Assembly (NCBI GenBank): GCA_041697335.1
Contig: JBGUGD010000014.1
Coordinates: 17,910 to 81,909, forward strand
From: Vampirovibrionaceae bacterium NZW_1234
GTDB lineage: Bacteria > Cyanobacteriota > Vampirovibrionia > Vampirovibrionales > JAGQHJ01
Direction: 5' to 3'
DNA: 64,000 bases
Shown here piece after piece: positions 60,043-64,000 of the stretch; positions within the stretch are counted from its first letter, which is position 1, and the number at the start of each line of letters is the position of its first letter. The notes under the pieces were generated by a model. That model ran no database searches. It saw only the letters and a program-made list of their open reading frames with translations, and was not told the DNA's origin. The translations under genes were made by a program, and so were the position numbers.

Positions 60043-62121
60043 TTAGCCTTCCAATCCCTCATCCTGAGGAACGGTCAACCAGGGATAAATGAAATCCTGG
60101 GCATCAATGAAGCGATCAAAGGGACTGGAGTTAGCGGCCAGGGCAGTAAAAACGTTATTGGTTTCAGTACCCAGATCAATCATCCCATCGCCATCGGGAT
60201 CCACCAGCGAAGCACTGGTCCCGAAGAGATCCTTCATCCATGAAGCCTGGTTCAATACATTTTCAATGGCTTGTGCAATCAAATATTGACTTACTTGGCC
60301 ATTGTTGCCTGCAGCTTCACGTCCCAAGGCCAATTCTTCGGCACTGACTTTATTGTCGTTGTTAGTATCGTACTTTTTGAACCAACTGCGAACCGTCGAT
60401 GCCGTTTCTGGCATCCAATCAAACTGCACTGCTTTCGTATCTTCTATGGAAAGCCGGTCAGAATCACCGAATGCCGCTGCCAAGTGATTGGCTTCGCTAT
60501 AGCGACGATTTTCACCACTGCAACCGCAGTCATAATTCAACTTACCATCACCGTTGATATCCAGAACTGGTGAGCCCATCTTGAGAAGATCTGCCAGATG
60601 GCGAGCTGCATTGGCAAAGTCATCCTGATTTTTGCTTGCAAAGAACTTGGCTGCTTCACTCAGTTCCCGAACACTCAAAGCGTTATCTTTATTTTTGTCA
60701 AAATCATTGGCTTTGGTCATTGCGAAAATCAGGTTGTTAACATTGACTTCATCAAACTTGGGCAGGAAGGGCATGTAACTGCCAATTTTACGTAATAACC
60801 CGGTTAAAGGCTGAGTTCTGGCATTGAAGGTTTCACCCAGAATACCTTCCGGCAAATCATCTGCTTTAACACCCTTGGCACCGGATTTGACTTCAATACT
60901 CAGGCTGTTACCGTCCACTTCAGAGCCTTGATGAGACTTCACAATCGTAGTCATCCCATCCGGAGTTGTGATTTCAACCTGATCGGCTGCAATCAACTTG
61001 TAAACAGTGCCATCTTCTGTGGTATGTGTTGCTTTCGCCGTTGTCAGCGTAATGGTCTTCAGAGCAAACGGTGCATCTTTGTCCGTAATCTTGAGTTGAG
61101 CGATATTGTCGGCATTCAACTCAACAACGTTGGCCCCGGATTTGATGGAAAGCGTTCTCGGCAATAAGGCAGATCCTTTTACTTCAGCCAGGGCTTGCTG
61201 ATAGGCTTCATTATTAATGGCCGTGATGTCGACAGGATCCTCTTCACCGTCGATCTCTTCGCCCTCGTCAACCCCTTCGATGTCGCCGCCTTCTAAAATG
61301 GTTACCGGGGCACTATCTTTGAGAGGAGCAAGATTACGTTGATAACCAACGGAAATCATAATTTCTGCTAAACCATTGTCCTCATCATTATGATAGACAA
61401 TAAATTCCTGTAAGCCCGTGATTTGTTCTTCCGTCTCAACACTTGTATCTAAGGGCAGCGTGTATTTTTCACCCTTGGCACCGGTAATCTGGTTCCCGAC
61501 CAGAGTTGCTGATTTATTGGCAGCCACCAGTGTTGAAGTCGGATTGTTGACAGGTGCAGGCGTAATATCATCGTCATCGTCATCATCCTCGTCGTCATCG
61601 ACATCTTGGACGTTATCCGTTTTCTTGGGGCTGGCGGCCTTCAGTATGGCGCTCAAGATCAACATATTCACCAAATCATCGGTCAAACCGAATAACGATC
61701 CTAAACCTTGATTGCTCTTCGGTAAGCCACTGATGCTGTTACCGGCAATGGCCGTGGCTGAACCGAAGAAATTGCGAAGTGCGCCTAAGCCACTGCCTCG
61801 AGCCAGTGTGGAAGCAGGAAAGAAACCGCCCGGGGATGCAAGTGCAAGCTTGGCTCTCGGATCGGCATAGGCGTTGGGAAATCCTTGAGGGTTGCTAAAC
61901 CAGGAGTTGATAGGTGTGTTAGGCATGCCATAAGCCATTTCAGGCAGCATGGTGAAATCCACCATGTCAAAGGGCATGGGTTCAATTCTCGGATCAGAAT
62001 ACCCTCCAGGATTCACAGGAGGAAAAGAAGCACCCGGATAATTTCCAGGAGCACCATAAAATGCGGCCCCAGGAAAGCCACCTGCTTGATAGGCTGATCT
62101 GACAAAATCCATCACACACAA
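60043..62121 (-). CDS. Large low-complexity surface protein: G/P/Y-rich N-terminus, poly-Asp/Glu tract, C-terminal EF-hand/dockerin-like loops
   Basis: N-terminus GGFPGAAFYGAPGNYPGASFPP..., acidic run DVDDDEDDDDDDDITP. Loops: DKNKDNALSVRE, DTNNDNKVSAEE (canonical 12-residue EF loops with N at position 6), and the degenerate DINGDGKLNYDC and DPDGDGMIDLGTE. Confidence 0.5.
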   Translation of the reverse strand: MCVMDFVRSAYQAGGFPGAAFYGAPGNYPGASFPPVNPGGYSDPRIEPMPFDMVDFTMLPEMAYGMPNTPINSWFSNPQGFPNAYADPRAKLALASPGGFFPASTLARGSGLGALRNFFGSATAIAGNSISGLPKSNQGLGSLFGLTDDLVNMLILSAILKAASPKKTDNVQDVDDDEDDDDDDDITPAPVNNPTSTLVAANKSATLVGNQITGAKGEKYTLPLDTSVETEEQITGLQEFIVYHNDEDNGLAEIMISVGYQRNLAPLKDSAPVTILEGGDIEGVDEGEEIDGEEDPVDITAINNEAYQQALAEVKGSALLPRTLSIKSGANVVELNADNIAQLKITDKDAPFALKTITLTTAKATHTTEDGTVYKLIAADQVEITTPDGMTTIVKSHQGSEVDGNSLSIEVKSGAKGVKADDLPEGILGETFNARTQPLTGLLRKIGSYMPFLPKFDEVNVNNLIFAMTKANDFDKNKDNALSVRELSEAAKFFASKNQDDFANAARHLADLLKMGSPVLDINGDGKLNYDCGCSGENRRYSEANHLAAAFGDSDRLSIEDTKAVQFDWMPETASTVRSWFKKYDTNNDNKVSAEELALGREAAGNNGQVSQYLIAQAIENVLNQASWMKDLFGTSASLVDPDGDGMIDLGTETNNVFTALAANSSPFDRFIDAQDFIYPWLTVPQDEGLEG

Positions 62122-62232
62122 TCCTTTTGTTTACACACATCTCTGTATCAATAAAAAAACAGGGATGTAAAAGATTGCTCAAAAACAACGCCTTGTTAAA
62201 TAATATTTACATATAAAATATATAACTAAGAC

Positions 62233-63891
62233 TTAGTGAGGCAGGGGTAGGGTTACCGTAAAGAGATACCCCAAGCCAGGGGTTGAGTCGAATGTCAGAT
62301 TGCCACCATGAAGTTCAATCAGTTGTTTTGCAAGAGCGACACCATGCCCCAAACCGTGACTCATCTGTGCTGACGTGTGGAAATCGAAGTCTTCAGACAA
62401 GGCATCCGGTATGTGTTCCGACACACGCTGGCCCGAATCCTTGATCGTCAAGACTAGAGCACTCTGCTGAGACTGCTTTTGAATAGTCACTTCCACACCC
62501 CCATGCGTTGGGCTTAATTGAATCCCATGTTTAATGAGTTGATACAGGATTTGACGCAACCGGATTGGATCAGCCAAGACCCTTGTTAAATTGGGCTGAA
62601 CATCAAACGTCAAGTTTATCTCACGGCTCTGAGCCAATTCTCTGAAAATTTTTTCAAGATTTGTAACCAGCGCCGGCAATTCAATCCACTCGTAAAACAA
62701 GGTCATCTCGCCAGATTCCAGCTTGGCCATATCCATAGTCGTATTCATCATGTCCAGTAAATAGCGACTACTGAGTCTCATATTTTCGACAAAGCGTGTC
62801 ACTTTCGGGTCAGCATGCTGATGTAAAACGCTGTCCAGCAGGTCTGCATAACCAATTATCGCCGTCAAAGGGGTTCGACACTGATGTGACAGCATGGCCA
62901 AAAATTGTGTCTGACGCTGCTTTAACACCCAGAGTTCATGGCATTTTTCTTCCAACATCAGGCCCAATTGACTGAAGTCGGCCAGGCAAGAGACCTGGGA
63001 TACCATGACTTTGAGCAATTCCAAAGCCTCTGGCGACCATGAAACATCTTCTCCCCGGCACCAAACCTGAAACAGACCCAGACATTGTCCCTGAACTCGA
63101 ACCGGAACATTAATGACTTGAGTAACCTTCGCGTCCAACCACTCTGCTCGATCCACAGGGTGTCCCGCGGCCAAAAGGTCTTTGGCATGCCAGACTCCCC
63201 ATTGGGATAGTACAGCAGTATGGCGCATCAGAGGCAAATTACCGGATTGAACAGATTCCTGGGTATTCGAAGATGCCGACGGAAAAAACGTATAGGTTTC
63301 ATTCGCTTCACCATCACAGGCGTACCACCAATAATGCACGGATTCGGTCTGACTCATCACGCGAATCTGGTTCAAAATCTGTTCGATCAGTTGCTGTGCG
63401 TCAGACCGCTTTGGTTTATCCTGAAAAAAATGACACACGTTAGCAAAAACCGCATTTTTTGCGTATGTTGCCATCGGCAGTGTCGTCAGACAGGCGTCCT
63501 GATGCTCTGCCTCAGGTACCCACAGGATAATCTGGGGCGTCCCCCCGGCATGTTTATAGCAGACACATCGAACGTTTTGGGTATACCCTGCGGGGTGAAG
63601 GAACTGTAGTTCAATGTGGGCCAAATCGGCCTCTCCAATCTCATCGGCCAGGTAAGTATAAAAACTACCGATCTGTGCCAGCTCCGAAGCCAGTCGTGAT
63701 TTTATGCTCTGTCCGAGAATCGGCTGCCCAGCAATGCCCAAAAAAGAGAGTGCGGCGGGGTTTAAATAAACAACCCGATCATGTTGATCGATGCCCAACA
63801 CGACATCCGATAATTGGTCCACGAGCTGCCGAAACGGATTGAATTCCTCAGGAATGGAGGAACACTGGGGTTCCTCGGAGTATGCCAACAT
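62233..63891 (-). CDS. Sensor histidine kinase with N-terminal PAS/GAF sensing domains
   Basis: H-box [22 protein letters not shown], and G-box/ATP-lid [35 protein letters not shown]. Confidence 0.85.
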   Translation of the reverse strand: [552 protein letters not shown]

Positions 63892-64000
63892 GAATGACGT
63901 TAATTACCTACCAATACGCAACAAGCACAGGGTTATTATATTCTTGAGCCCGATATTGAACTATCGCCCTGGTGACTAATAGCCCAAAATGCAAATTTGT

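Overview
This 64 kb window is a gene-dense bacterial chromosomal segment with about 50% GC judged by eye and no rRNA, tRNA or CRISPR array that I can support. I call about 58 protein-coding genes on both strands, including several housekeeping anchors. The firmest calls are DNA gyrase subunit A (46101..48584 -), cobalamin-dependent methionine synthase MetH (50370..53864 -) and a DEAD-box RNA helicase (7452..8753 -). Other recognisable genes are ribulose-phosphate 3-epimerase, dCTP deaminase, FolC, a UbiE/MenG methyltransferase, a PLP-dependent group II decarboxylase, an OppF-type ABC ATPase, a DAACS symporter, a GGDEF diguanylate cyclase, an RRM-type RNA-binding protein, PilM-N/PilO pilus genes, a BI-1/YccA homologue, a 2-TM K+ channel, an HtrA-like protease, an alpha/beta hydrolase, TPR proteins and a GAF/PAS histidine kinase. 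A multi-PAS membrane sensor runs off the left edge of the window. Between these anchors sit many hypothetical or low-complexity proteins that look accessory. The stretch most worth a second look is a minus-strand cluster (6662..9369) made of a double zinc-ribbon protein with a GGY/RGG linker, a 50-aa basic RGG peptide missing from the ORF track, a DEAD-box helicase with an RG-rich tail, and a soluble diiron desaturase-like protein. I suspect this is a cold/RNA-chaperone module that has not been described as a unit. Further findings are: a sulfotransferase-acyltransferase pair whose reading frames overlap by 4 bp (candidate sulfolipid pathway); two large surface proteins carrying EF-hand/dockerin-like Ca-binding loops; a collagen-like (G-X-T) plus beta-helix-repeat protein built on tandem DNA repeats; an EEP-family protein; an orphan OppF; and an 800-bp ORF-free interval holding a terminator-like hairpin (candidate sRNA). 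Gene content (Rbp-type RRM protein, SIMPL, pilMNO, menG/ubiE, Gsp17M-like, SpmA/B-like) is compatible with a cyanobacteria-related or similar lineage, but I cannot verify the taxon from sequence alone. All calls rest on manual motif recognition in the supplied translations, with no database search.
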